Shown piece after piece: positions 26,101 through 40,449 of a stretch of DNA of 64,000 nt. Within the stretch, counting starts at the first letter, position 1. Every line of letters starts with the position of its first letter. The notes below the pieces were generated by a model that saw only the letters and a program-made list of their open reading frames with translations, was not told where the DNA came from and did no database searches. Both the position numbers and the translations under genes were made by a program. Source of the stretch: Gracilinanus agilis (lineage: Eukaryota); the NCBI RefSeq assembly GCF_016433145.1, contig NC_058133.1:98116726-98180725 (forward strand), written 5' to 3'.

Positions 26101-27098
26101 ATAGAGAGAGGCAACTGTAAAACTATATTACAAGGTGCCAAAAGCCACTCCTGGAATGCCACACCCAGAGTGTGTAACTGTCATAGAAATAACGGTTTTA
26201 ACTGCCACCAGTTGAAATTAACACTCTCTCTCAGCTCTGTTTGAAACTTCAATTCTTCCTCAAGCCAGCTTCTCTGCTTCTTATCTCTAAACTAATAAAA
26301 CAATACTTATTTTCTAATATCATCCTTATACAACCTACATTATCAGAGGGAGTTTTTATTTCAGGAATTCCCTACAGGGACAGAATCACAGGTCCAATCT
26401 CTATCCTATGTATATGTATCCCTTTCTATGCATACATATGCAGATAATTGTATAAATGCCTAGATTTTGCACAAAATAGGATATCAAAGCATCTACATAC
26501 TTTTTTTAGATGGACAGTGATTAAAGAAAGAGATGGAGAGGAGGTAGAAATTGGAAAGAGATGAGAAAATACACTTTCTAGTCCCAGCAGGATCTGATAC
26601 TCTTTTTTAAAAACCGCTAAACCCTCTGAAACATTAAAAATAATCACATTTGGCAATATGTAAATTATTCTAATTTGAAACTTCCAAGGTTAAAGGTGGT
26701 CTGTGTTTAGGTTGGGATAACTAAATCAATAGTTAATTGCCATTATAAATGTTTTTGAATTACAGAAACCAATGTAATAAGCACCTTGCATTTAAAAGTA
26801 TATTTGCAAAATCCTAAGTAATGTTAATGAGTTTATATTAACCCCACAAGACCCACTACATGTAGGGGGGAGTAATTCTACATAATTGTGCACAATTCAT
26901 TCTCTACCTCATGTTTCAAAAGGATCTCACCAAGCAGATGCTTGGAAGGACCTGCTTTACTTTTTATTGAGTGGAGAAAATGAGGGCCTTTCTAATCAAA
27001 AGAATGGCTTAAAAGGAAAGGATGTTGATGCTTGGGGAGGACAGGAGGGGTTGGTACAGCCCCAGTGAGTGGCATGAACAAGGAAATTAAAGGGTAGC

Positions 27099-27099
<1 letters not shown>

Positions 27100-27152
<53 letters not shown>
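27100..27152 (+). repeat. (CA)n microsatellite
   Basis: Read directly from the sequence. Confidence 0.97.
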
Positions 27153-27154
<2 letters not shown>

Positions 27155-30100
27155 GACAAAAAAAGAAAACTGGAAGACCCAGGTTCTGGTCTTGATTCTT
27201 TCATTTTCCATTACTGTGACCATGGGCAAGTCTATTTCCCTCTCTGCATTTCACTTCCTTCACCTATAAAATGAGAAACTTGGACTAAAGAATCTCTCAG
27301 GTCCTGTCCAGCTCTAAATCTCTGATCCTAGGAAACGAGTGTGGAAGGCAGAAGGGAATTAAACTGACAGTAGAGATGTACAAGGGTATTCTAAGCCACT
27401 CATCGCTGTTACCCCCACAGGTCTCAGGTCAAGGACTGAGTATTAAGCTATTCGGTCATCTGGCCATATGGTGGAACACTATGTGTCCCAGAGGAGCTGG
27501 GGAAAAGTGGAAGGGAAGGGAAGGAGACATGAGAGATGGGCACTCAAATTTCATAGCAGCACAGAGGAGACGTATAGAATATAGGCTGGTGTGCGTATCT
27601 ATTTTCTGGTTGCTATATGCTCAATTTATTTTTCTTCCAAGTATTGATACTTGAATATTTTTAATTCTATGTCATACCATTAATTGTGGAAGGCTGAGGA
27701 AGCAAATATACCAGCTAATCTTTTCCTACATAAAAAATAGGTTATAATAGGTGTGTTTCATCTGAATAAATCCTCCACCAGCGCCCTCCTTCAAATTCTT
27801 CCTCCTGGCATTCGAGGTTTCTATGCCTGTAGAGTATCTATTCTTGCAGATCCTGCCAAGTCAGAAAGGCTTCTTGTGTGTCTTTCCTCTGGAGAGAATA
27901 GCAAAATTCAGACAGGCTCAGACCAGACTGGCCATAAGGTGACACATTTTTCAAGTATAGCTTTTCAAGTCAATCAAAAAGAGGTGGCAATCTGTACCAG
28001 TGGAGGGAATATCCCCACTGATGAAATCATGGCTCCTTGAAGTGCTCACATATCAATCAATCAAGAAGGATTTATTAAGCATTTACTGTGTGTGCCAGGG
28101 ACTGAGGTAGGAGCTCGGAACACAAAGAAAAAAAATGAAACAGGTCTGCTTTTATAAAACAGAATGACTCTTTAGGTAGGAAATGTAAATTTGTATTATT
28201 TTCCACAATATTTGGAACATGAACATTTTCACTAAGAGGAAGCAGAGTGCCATGAAAAATATGATGAATTTGGAATAGGAAGACCAAGGTTTAAATTCTG
28301 CCGCTGCCACAGATTAGTTGGGTGACTCTGAACAAGTCACATTCCATTTGAGGTTTCACTTCTCTCATCTTCAATATTAGACTGTTGACCTAGATAACCT
28401 CTAAGGTCTACTCCTTTCAGGTCTAAATTTATAATTTGATGACTTAAAAATATAATACTATAATGGGTCAATAGGGCTTTGATATTGGTTCACAATATGC
28501 CACTAACATTTAGAGTACCTGCTGTCCATAAGGTGCTTGTGTGCTAACATGAATGCTGATGCTTGTTTGATTCATGAGAACTTTGATCTCAGTGATTTGG
28601 ATTATCTCTCTGATAATGTAGATCAGAGGTATCAAGCCTGGGTTTTTCTGAATATGATCTTAACCAAGTTAAAATGTCATTCGGAAATACTTAACAAAAT
28701 AAATAGAAATGCAATGAAATAGAGATAACATGACATTTTAAAGCCACAATAGGTGGCCCTGAGGGATATGGCTTCATGGCCCCATTTCTATTTAAGTTTG
28801 ATACCCCTAGTTTAGAGTACAGCTCATCCATTCCCTGGGAAGAAAAACACCTAGTGGGGAGGAGAGATGGCCGTGCTACAGAACTCAACTGAAGGTTTTA
28901 GCTAGGTGAGGAGAGGGGTTTGTCCCACCTTCATCCTGACAGGGTTAGAGGGGAAAGAGGGACGCCCCTACCACAGTGATGGAGTCATCAAACAAAGGAT
29001 AGAGCAGGAGAACATGCTAGTTGTGCTACTGGGCAACTGGGGTTAAGTGGAAGCCCTTAAGGCAAGAGGTTACCTCAAGGAGAAAACATACCTACATCAG
29101 AACCCTATTCAAAGATTTGTCCTGTGCTAGTTATGGCTCTAATTTGTGCCTTCTAGGATGTCCCCATATTCCCATAAATCTTCTACAGGGCAGCAATGTA
29201 CTAGGTGCCTTCTTCTATATCTCTTGATACTTCATGGATACCAGTGAAGCATCATGCATAGGACACACACACACCACTACCACCACCACCACCAGCCACA
29301 ACAACAACTTCACCCTTGTGGAGCACTCTATAATTCCAAATCAATTTCCATGTATTATTCCATTTGCCCCCTTAATACCCATGTAAAGAAGGAAATGCAA
29401 GTGTTGTTCCATGATTAAACAGATTAAAATGCTGAAGCTCTGAGGAGTGAATAACTTAAGAATGATAGCTCGCCTGTGGTCCTTTCAGGGTGGTAAGGTG
29501 CATACTTTATTTCTTTTTGATGCTCCACAAAAGCCCTGGGAGCCAGACACTACTGGTTCATCATGGACCCCATTTTACAGATGAAGGAACTGAGGCTGAA
29601 AGGGATTAAATGATTTGCCTGGGGTGACAGAGCTTATAAATATCAGAATTAGTATTTGATTTCTAATCTTTCTGATTCCAAGTGTGGCACTAGCTCCTAT
29701 GCTATTTGCCCAAGGCTATTCCACAAGTGATAAAATCTAGGGCTCAACGCTGAGTCTTCTGTACCAGCAGAGGTTGAGATATGATGGTTGGAGAGAGAAA
29801 TTAGCTTTACAAGGCATAACAAATAAGATACTTCTCATGAGAAATTCCAAGACACTTGACAAATTCCATCACATTGGAAATGGGCTTAATGTGAAATCCC
29901 TTCTCTGTTTTCTCACCAGCCATAATAATAATTTTTTAAAAATCCCCCCTGGGGAAATCTGAAAGCCAGTTACAGACCTCCAGCACCAAGGGGCCATTTG
30001 GTACCAGGTACAGAACCGTGGGATCCAAAAAAGAGAAACTTACATCAAGTGAATGTACAATTTTCAAATATACATAAATTTCCAACTTTCCATCAAAGTC

Positions 30101-33100
30101 AAATTGTGCTGATGTTAGCTATGCCTTATCTAGGCATTGATCCAAGAAACTGCTGATGGGGTAAAAAATACACAGAAACTTGTTAACAAGAAGTACAATT
30201 ATCTACATCTCAGCAAATAATGCCAGAGTGTCATGTAATATGCTGAGCTCAGGCAGTATGGTAGCCAATGAAGAGCTCTTTCTTTCCCCTACCACCCCCC
30301 TCCATCATTAATATTTACAGTTGGAAGTAATATGTGGCTGCAATCTAAGTGCTGTGCCTAAAAGGGGAGTTGTTGACTTGATACCTTGTTGTTTGACAGT
30401 GTGAACCAGTGAAATAGCTACCTTCTTAATCAGCGCCTGATAACGTGCCTTGCAGCATGGCTGTTTGACAGAAGCAACAACCCAGGAGGTGTCCCTGCAT
30501 TGTTTAGTTGTTTTGTTCTTTGACTGACAGACACATGTTGGGGTGTTTAAAGCCAAGGAATCCTGGCTGGGAATTCTGGGTCCTTTTCTTTGTTCTTTCT
30601 GATTCTCACTCCTGGTCCCAAGTGCTTCTTGTACAGATTGGGTGAATGCTCTCTGCCCATTGGATTATGGGGTGTTTTTTTTAAAACCCTTACCTTCTTT
30701 CTTAGTATCTATTCTAGACAGAAGAGTGGAAAGAGCCAGGCAGTCAGGGTTAAGGGATTTTTGCTAGAAAGTGTCTAAGGCCAGATTTGAACCTATGTCC
30801 TTCTGTCTCCAGACCTGGTGTTCTGTCCTCTGTGCTACTAGCTTTCCCTAGTATTTCTTCTAAGGTTCCACTCAAGTGCTCCCTTCTAACCCTACTTTTC
30901 ATGATCCAGCTGTGAGCGAGCCTTTTCCCCATCTCATCCTGCAATTACTTTATTAATTTGGCTACTTTTAGGTCTAAACCTGAGATTTCTTCCATAAGGG
31001 GAAGTTGAGTGTCTGAGGCAGGACTCGGAGCAGTTTGGAGACATTGATAGAGACCTCCCCTCCAATAACAGAGTCTCTCATTTTGTACCTATTTCTTGTT
31101 GACTTTTTCACCAAAATGTTGTTTCCACCAGAAGAATATTGTGGATTTTTTCCTTGAATCTATCCCCAGTACTTAGCAGAAGCTGTCACATAATACATGC
31201 TAATAAATGCTTGATGAATGAATGGATGGATTAATAAAGTTTTGGCACCCCTATCTGCCAGGCATCTTATCAGGTCCTGCACTATAGAAACCATCTTCTG
31301 CCTCTCTTCTAAGAACTGGTTTTTTTATGTAAGAAGTCTTCAAAATGTTGAACAAATGTCCATAGCAAGTGGGCTTATCTGGACAAATAAGCACATTAAA
31401 TTTCAAGGAACTTGGGAGTCATAAGTAAGCAGTACAACTATTTATCAGCTATAGAAATATAGCACGTAGTGTTGTGTTAAGTTCTTTATCTCAACCACTG
31501 TGGTATCATTTGGGGAATCGGGGTGTGGTGGTATAGACCTGTGATTTCATCACTGCAAGGAACTCATGGTCTGGGAAACTGTTCCACAAAGGTAGATGGT
31601 TAGCTATAACTTATTGTCCTTAGATTGCCAGGAGCTCTAAGAGGTTATATAATCGACCTATCGATGGGCCACACAGCTTGTATGTATCAGAGGTAGGGCT
31701 TGAATTCAGGTCTTTCTGATTAAACAGTAGGCATTCAATCAATCAATAATGTGTTAAGCACCTACTATGTGACAGGCTCTGGAGCAACAAAGACAAAACC
31801 AAAAGAGTCCCATGTTCTCTCTATCTCATTTTATTTCACTCAGTTCATAGTTTTCTAGATCTAGAGCTGGAAGGAACCTCAAAAGCCAAGGAATACAATT
31901 TCCTCATTTGGCAGGTGAGGAAACTGAGATGATAAGTGGTCACAAAAGTGATCTGAGATGGGATGTGAACCAGTCTTCTAACTCCAGAACCAGTGTGCTG
32001 TCCATTGTTCTAAGCTGCTTTCCACCATTTACTGAATGCTTACTGTGTGCCAGGCATTGTGGAAGTTTCTGGAAATACCAAGACAAAAACACAACAATCC
32101 CCACCCTCTAGGATCTTACCTTTTATTGAGGATGGGGGTGGGTGGGTGTTGGGAATGACAAGATCTATTCAGATAGGTCAATATAAAATAAACACAAAGC
32201 AAGTACAGTACTTTGGTGGGAGAGAATACTAGCAGCTGTGGAGTGGAAGAGGGATCAGCTAAGATGGAAGGGTGGTACCTGAGATTTGCTTGGAAGGAAC
32301 TTAGGGATTCTACAAGGCAAAGGGAAGAGGGGAGAGCATTTGATGCATGTAATCATTTCTATAAATGAAATTAGGACCTGGGTTTACGATCCCGTTTCTT
32401 TAGCCTTTTACTTTTGCAAAATATTTTTCTAATCAAACCCATTCTGGAGAATGGACTCGGTTTTCGATAAAAGTTCTTGAGACCCTAGGAAGAAGGCGCC
32501 AAAATCTCAGCTGGCACATAGAGTAGAGGGCACCATTATTTAGAGCAAGGATAGGAGCTGGGCACTAAAGATGGGCAAGTTAAGCTCAGTGAAGACAATG
32601 AGAATCCAAGAGAGGATCACTGCCTGCAAAAGCAGTCTATGTAGCCATCTTGCAGTTGCCATCAGTTTACCAATAAAAGTTCTGGCCCCATCTCAGTCTC
32701 GCCACACAAAGAGGCTGGTGGCAGGAGCATGGAGGAGGGCAATTTGCTTCCTTCCTTCCCTCTCTTGTCGAAGTCGTAGCCTTGCCTCGTGTTTTTCACT
32801 CAGTCGCAGCAGATGGCTAACTTTTACACCAGAAGCTGTCAGTGGAATGTAAATGCATTTCCTCGCAACACTGAAAATCCTGAGGCTGCGTGTTTAATCT
32901 GTGCCTTCTAAGCAGGGTGACCCTGAAAAGAACACGAGCACGTTTGTAAAATTGGCAGCCATCCTCGTAAACAGGCGGGGGAGGATTCTTCCAGCCCAAG
33001 GGAGAAGCATGGTTTGCTTCCCTGGGCTCCCGACCCCACCATCTCCCAGAGGAACAACAATCTAAGTGGAGGTTGAATAGAAAAGTTATAGACCACGAGG

Positions 33101-36100
33101 GAAGTATTAACAGGAAAGGGGTTATTCCAGGGTATGGGAAAAAAGGGAGGGAGCTGGGCTTCGACAGCACAGAGGAGGGAAAGCCATAACCTGGCCTTCC
33201 TTCCCAAGTCTCTGCTTACTTGGGAATTGGGGAAATCCTTATTAGTCCAGGTGAACTAATAGGAATTGAAGTTGAGCATTATGAAATGAAGAAGAGGGAG
33301 AGAAAGCCATCGTGAGTGGTAGCCCACTGCCCGGAGAGGGGCAAAATTATTTAGCAAGAATTACTTGAAAAAAATAATGCCGAATTCTATTGGTGAAATC
33401 CTGTCATCGTTAACATCAGAGATGGTAGGCTAAATTAGTGCCTAGCAACTTTGGCCACAGCTCATTCACTTTCCCAGTGCCCCTAGCAAAAGGACAGGAC
33501 ACAGGCATTTTCTCCATTTCACCAAAACAGGGTCCAATAGTTAAACAGCGGCAGCCATGGAGAAGGTGGAATCTATGTCTCTTTGTCATCTGTATTAAGG
33601 AAGGGGTCGTTCTTAAGTGAGGAAAAATGACTTTCATGGAACACTTTAAAGTGTACAAAACATTCTAGATCCATTGCCTCATTGGGGCCTTAGGGTAGCC
33701 TCTGAAATGAGTACAAATAGCATTTTCCCTAGCATAAAATGACACTAATATTCAGGAATCAAATAGGAAATAATTCTTGTCTAATTGACAGAATGACACA
33801 TTTTATAAAATGGATCTGTGTTTATTGATATAAGTTAATAGTCATCAACAAGCATTTATTAAGAGATCATGTGCCAGACACTGTGCTAAATGCTACAGAT
33901 ACCAAGAGAGGCCAAAACACTGTCCCAGCCCTTTAGGAGCTTCCATTCTAAATGGGGTGGACAATGGGCAAAGAGTTTATGTGTATATAAGGTATATATA
34001 GAAGGTAAATAGGAGGTAACCTCTGGGGGCTGGGGGCTGAAGGGAATGATTGAGAGAAGTATCTAGCAGAAAGTAGGATTGGAGCTGAGACTTGAAGGAA
34101 ACCAGAGGCTAACCTAGTCCAAACTATTAATTGTCTTGAGATATAGAGTTGGTTTTGGTACCTGGGTTTCCTTACTGCAAATTTGGGACTCTTTCCTTAG
34201 ACTGGGGATCCCTGGGGAAGGAAAGGACTGCAAGGTGTGAAGATGATAGAAGTCAAAAAAAGAAGCTGATTTGAATTTTGAGTTCCCAGAGTCAGATGGA
34301 GCAAAAATTTTGCCACTGATCAAAACTAAGCTTCATTGGCAAATCCTCATATAGTGACTATTGATACATTTGTGGATTAGATGATGATCATCATGATGAT
34401 AAAAATAGTGGCTGGCGTTTATAGTATGTAGCTCATTAAGGCTTACAAGACATTTTGTGAGGGGAGTGTTGCTATTTTACAGATGAAGAAACTGAGATGG
34501 AAAAAGGTTAAATGACTTCCCCAGGGTCACATAACTAGCAAATGTCCAAAGCAGGATTCAAGTCCCCATCTTCCTAACCCTACCCAGCAATCTATCCACT
34601 ATACCCATTTTGGGAAATATTCAAGGAAGCTCAGCATTTGGATGTCCTAATCAAGCATCCTTGGCTCATAGGACTGATCTCTATTTGAGACACACTGACT
34701 AACAAAGTACTAGGAAGAGGGAAGGCTTTGAAGTGACAGGAGTCCCAATCAAGCCAGGAAATGCCTCTTCCACTTATGCCTGGAACAGCAAATAAATGAT
34801 TGCCTGATGACTGGATATGAGCTGACAGAAATGATGGTAAATTGTTGTTTGGGAGATGGTTTCAGAGAAGGTACAGGGGACAGAGAGATTCATCAGTGGA
34901 AAACAAAAGAAAAAAGTTTTAAAACAAGAATAGAATGAAGGACCCAGTAAATTAAATAAATAAATGAAGGTCTCAATGACAGGCTCTTTTAATTAAAGTC
35001 ATATATTACATGTGGTAACTTAAAGCTACATTTTATCACCTTCAGAAGGGGTAGCCAATTTGGGGCTGGTGGACAAAATAAAAGCCATTGAATCCAGCCC
35101 AGAGAAAAAGCTGACAAAAACACGGCTTTTGGTTTCAGCTGGAGAGGTGAGGTGTTGGCATCTCTGCCATCTGCAGTGGGCTAACCCCTAGAGTAAATAC
35201 TCTGTCCATTTCCCAAAAGGAAACTAGCTGCCATCTATCTCACAGTGAAGGGGAGAAATTCTGCTAGTCGCCCCTCTTGCCTGGGTAATCTGATCCAGGT
35301 TTAAGGCCTAGGCGGGTCTGGTTATTTACACACCGTATGGATTTACGGCATTTTCCCCACTGCTGAAAATTAAACATGTGCTGCCTGTTAAAGGTTGCTG
35401 GGGTATCTCATTATAGGAGATTCTTTCTTCAGGGGCTTAATGTTTTGCTGAATTACTGAAGGACTTATTTGAATGCAGACTTGGACCAAATAATTTTCTG
35501 ATAAGAGGGCTATAAATCCTCTGCAAAATAAGCTTGGTGTTCTCAGCATATCTATTGGCTTTTTGATCATTTTTTATGGCTTCCCTTTAGCTAGTCAAAT
35601 TATCCTCATGCGCTCCTAAAGCTTCTCTGACATGGATTAAGACTGCCCAAACCAATCGGCCCTCATTACTTAAGCAACTGGTTTTGATTTGGGGGCAGTA
35701 AATATGATGGCATGGACTGGGTGCCCTTCACCAGAGTGAAGTGTGAATGAAAATGTGATGTTAGGGATTTGGGGGGGAGGGGGTCTTCCTTTTGGGATTT
35801 ATTTAACAGGAAAATGAAGTCTTCAGCTCCTTCAAATTGTGGCAGCTGCTCAAAACGCTGACACTTATGTGGAGTGAGGATGCTTAAGAACTGAGCTGGC
35901 CCAATACAGAGAGCCCAGGAGATGTTCAACTCAAGCAAAGTGGCTTCATTTGTTATTGAGAGTAATAATTCCCATGTAGAAACATTCATGTGTATATCAC
36001 ATTTTTTAAATTGCTAAGTACTTTACATCCATTCTCTAATTTGAGCCTCATCCCAATGCAGTGATGGAGTTATTTTGGGTATTCACTATTGTACAGGTGA

Positions 36101-37379
36101 AAAAACAGAGACATTAAAAGGGTTTAGTAACCTGACTGTTGTCAGAGTTTCAGAGATAGGATTTAAACTGAGATCTCCCTAACTATAAATACAACTCCAT
36201 ATCATGGCATTCCTTCTTTGTTAACCAAAAAAGTATTTATCGAACATCTTCTCCTGGAAATTCTCACTTCATTTTGTCCAAAATAAGACCTTCACATCAA
36301 TTTCTAGTGCTTCCAAAACTTGCCATCACAGCAGTGACCTCCCACTTCCTCTTCTCTTTCGAGCTCTTCCAGTTCTTTCGAGGTTAGATACTATTTTGCT
36401 TGCATGTATCCATATCCCCAGAGTGTAACATCATGTCTGACACTTAGTAGTAACCACTTAATACTTCATTTTTTCATTCATTTCATCATGTGTTCAAATT
36501 GTGTGGGATAAGAGAAGTCCAAGACATACTTTTCCACCCTTGAGGAGTTTTTAATCTAGTTATAGGAAATAATTGGAGAAGACAAATTGGGATATAGTTA
36601 TGGTAAGTTAAAGGACATAGACAAAAAAGTGCTCTAGCAGTAAAGAGAAGGAAAGAATTAGAATAATCTGGTGTCATTGAAGAAAGTTTCTTTGAGATGT
36701 CTTGGCCAATGAGATTTTGGATTTTGGCTTGTTCCCTCTTGAGACCATAAGAAAACCCTGTGACCCCTGCTGTCCAGCTATAAATATGTATGTATATGTT
36801 GAAAAATAATTCAAGTGATTAATCTCCATCTTATTCATAAAAATCAGTCTTCCGAGTACTTCCTATGTGCAAAGCACTGAAAGATTCAAAGTATACAAGA
36901 CATTTAATAGCCTCAATAAATTTCTAATAAATCTGGATAAATTGGTTAAATTTAAGGATAATTGCATAAAGAATTAAATGATTGTCATTAATGAACTATG
37001 AAAGCTTCAACAGCTTCTTACTCCCAACGGATTAAACTAGAAAATGATCAATCTAGGATTGAAAGCATTCCACAATATGTCTGAATCAATATTAACTCCT
37101 TATCAACTATTCTTTAGATGTTGTCATTCAACCTAGTCAAATCAGCTGGTCATTCAGCAAGCATTTAGTAAGCATCTTCCTGAGGCCAAGCTGAGAACAC
37201 AAAGGCAAAAATAGTCCCAACTCTCAAAAATTTTACATTTTAATGGGAGAGATCACTAGGCATAATGAAACATTCACAAGATATGTAGACAGAAGATATA
37301 AGGTAATTTTCAAGTGGAAGGATTTTTCAACTGATGACACTAGGAAGATAGATTTCTATGACCAATTGAGTATGTAGAT

Positions 37380-39456
37380 ATATATTTTCCCTTTTTGAAC
37401 CAATTTAGATGTGTGAGATTTACACATTGCCCACCCTCCCCAGACTACTTTCCTTTTTACTGTACAAGCTTTTTGCACACCTCTTTTATGTGAGATAATT
37501 CTTGCCATTCTTTTTCTCTTTCCCCCAGGTCATCCTTCTATCTCACCTATCCATTTTTCTATCATCTTAACATGAATGATTCACCCAAATATTTTATGTA
37601 GAATGTGTTTTCCATGTAGAATTCTTCTGCATTAATAATGATAAAAATCTTAGAAGATACAAGTATCATCTTCCCATATAGAAAAGGTACACTGTTAACC
37701 TTATTGAGTCTCTTATGATTTCTCTTTAATGTTTATATTTTTGCATTTCTCATGAGTCTTGTGTATGAAAGTCAAATTTTCTGTTCATCTCTGGTCTTTT
37801 CACCAGGAATTTTTTTCCATTAAGAATTCTTAAAAGTTCTCTTTTTCATTAAATATCTATTTTTTCCCTTGAAGAATTATATTCAGCCTTGCTGGTTAGG
37901 CTGCTCTTGATTGTAATCCCAGTTCTTCAGCTTTCACAAATATTTCCCAAACCCTTTGTTTCTTTACTACAGTTGCTACTAAATCTCATTTGATATTGGC
38001 TATGGCACTGTAGCATTTTAATGGTGTTTTTCCCTTGCTGCTTGACATACTTTCTCTTTGACCTGAAAACTCTGGAATTTGGCTATAGTATTCCTGAGAA
38101 TTTTCCTTTAAAGATCTCGTTCAGGTAGTGAACATTGGATTCTTCCAATTTTTATTTTACCCTTTGGTTCTAGGATATTTCAGCTATTTTCCTTGATAAA
38201 TTCTTGATTTGTGATTTCTAGGCTCTTCCTTTGATCATAGCTTTTAAATAATGCAATAATTCTTAAGTTATTTCTCATTGATGTATTTGCCAAGTCGGTT
38301 GTTTTTCCAATTTCCAATTTCCAAACCAAATTCCATGATTTCTATTTTTCATTCATTTGACTTTCACTGTTTCTTGATATTGCATGGGGTAATTAGCTTC
38401 CAGTTGCCCAATTCTAATTTAAAATAAATCATTTTATTCTGTGTGCTTTTGATCTTCTTTTATCATTTGGTCAATTCTGTTTTTTAAGGTATTTGTTTCA
38501 GTGTTTTTTTTAATATGTATCTTTTACCAAGCTGTTAATTGTATTAAAAAAACCCTTCCCTTTCATCTTAGAATCAACATTAAATATTGGTTCTGAGGGA
38601 GACAAGTAGTAAGGGGTAGGCAATTGGGGTAAACTGAGATGTCTAGGCTCACAAGCTAGGAAGTGTCTGAATGCAGATTTGAACCTAGGACCTCCTATCT
38701 CTAGGTCTGGCTCTCTATCCACTGAGCTACCTAGCTGCCACTTCTAATTGACGTTTCATAATTTTCTTACTTTGTTTTCATTTTTGCCTAATATTTCTGT
38801 TTGTTTTCTGATTTGATTTTGAAAATCTTTTTCTTTAGCTTTTCCAGGAATTCTTATTGGAATTGTATCCAGTTTACATGTTTTTTCTTGGAGACTCTGC
38901 TTCAGGCTTCCTTGTCTTCCTCTGGTTGTGTGTCTTGATCTTCCCTGTCAGAAAGAAGAAAACTTTGGGTCTCAGAAGAACATACAGAATATAGCATAAA
39001 TTTTTGCAGTCAGATTCTTTTTTGTAGTTTGTTCATTTTTCCACCCTATTTCTTGATTTGGAACTTTATAAGAAAATTGGACTCTGTTCCTGGTGTGGTG
39101 GGGAAGAGCTCTGTCTCAAGCTTCAGAATTTTTTGTACTGCTCTTTTTAGAGTGAGTTCTGTGGTTTTGGAAGTTTTCAGTGTTTCCAAGGTTATATGAT
39201 CTGGGGAGAGTTGTGGTTACTGCTCTCTTGATCTAGACTCTGGTACTTACCCAGGAAAGCCTGCATACTCCCCCCTCATCACAGACCTCTCTTTTTTACC
39301 TTATTTTTTGTTTTGGGAGAGAAAAATGTCTTACTCTGACCTTTTATTGGCTCTGTCACTCCAGAATTCACTTTGAGGCTTTGTTTTAAGCTTGTTTGAA
39401 GGAGCATTTTGGGAGGTCTCAAGTACTTCTCTACTCTGCCCTCTTGGCTTCACTCC
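37380..39456 (-). mobile_element. Old L1 fragment retaining the 5' end and ORF1, antisense to CRB1
   Basis: The minus strand near 38130-38210 resembles L1 ORF1 (EIIKEN..ILEP.GKIKI.RI). Near 39430-39456 it reads ggagtgaagccaagagggcagagtagag, like the L1 5' terminus (GGAGCCAAGATGGCGGAGTAG). Confidence 0.75.
38544..38741 (-). mobile_element. SINE1_Mdo-like SINE nested inside the L1
   Basis: aaacccttccctttcatcttagaatc...gaacctaggacctcc...ccactgagctacctagctgcc. L1 sequence continues on both sides. Confidence 0.85.
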
Positions 39457-40449
39457 ACTACTTGTGTTTTATTGTATTTATTTGTTTTGTTAAATATTTC
39501 CCAATTACATATGAATCTGGTCAATTACATTTGAATCTTGTTCAAACCCCACTCAGTAGTGTTGTGTGTTGTGCCATGTGAGCACTCTGTTCATAGGGAA
39601 CCTTCCACCATTTAAATAGCTTTGAAGTCGTTACTGGCCAACCCTACTTTTCTTACTCTTGGTATCCTTCTATCTTTTCATTTATACTTTATTCACTTTC
39701 TCATACTCTATGGCCCCAGTAACACTGAGCAAATCACTATTACCCACATAACACATTCTACCTCCTGATTACAATTTCCCTGTATCTTCTATGTCTGGAA
39801 TTCTTTTTCTCCTCATTCTCACCCTTCTCAATACAGCTAAAATTCCCCCTTCTGTAAGAAGTCTTTTTTAGTTCCTCTCAATGCTAATACTTCCCACCTC
39901 TCCCATTTCTCTGGTAATAATTTTGTTTACACATAGTTGTTTGCATGCTGCTTCTCCCATTAGACTGGAAGATCCTTGAAAGCAGGGACTGTTTTTGTCT
40001 TTCTTTGTATCTCCTGAGCTTAGTTAGCACAGTGATGGAACATAGTAGAACCTGAATAAATACTTGTTGGTTTTCCTGGTACGGACAACCAGAGGAAAGG
40101 GGGATACAAATTAGAATATGCAAAAGAAACAAAAAATACAAAAAAATGTAATGGCTCCTAAAGAAGTTGCCACATGTTGAAGAGAATGAATTCCATAAAT
40201 CATAAGCTTTGCCTCCCACTTTAGAAAGTTAGTGTTATAGATTTCAAAAATCTTGTCGGTATTGTGGGTGATGCCACATTCTTTAAGTTTATAGTAAACA
40301 CCTGGTATAAATTCAAGATGTTGAACAGGAGCATCCCTAGGACCATTAGGGTTACATGACTGTACCAGTAGTGAATTTTTTATTTCAGGTCAGGGCCATC
40401 TGTATCTCTTACATGTAACCTCTCCCAAGATATGAGTTGCCCTGAAGGC

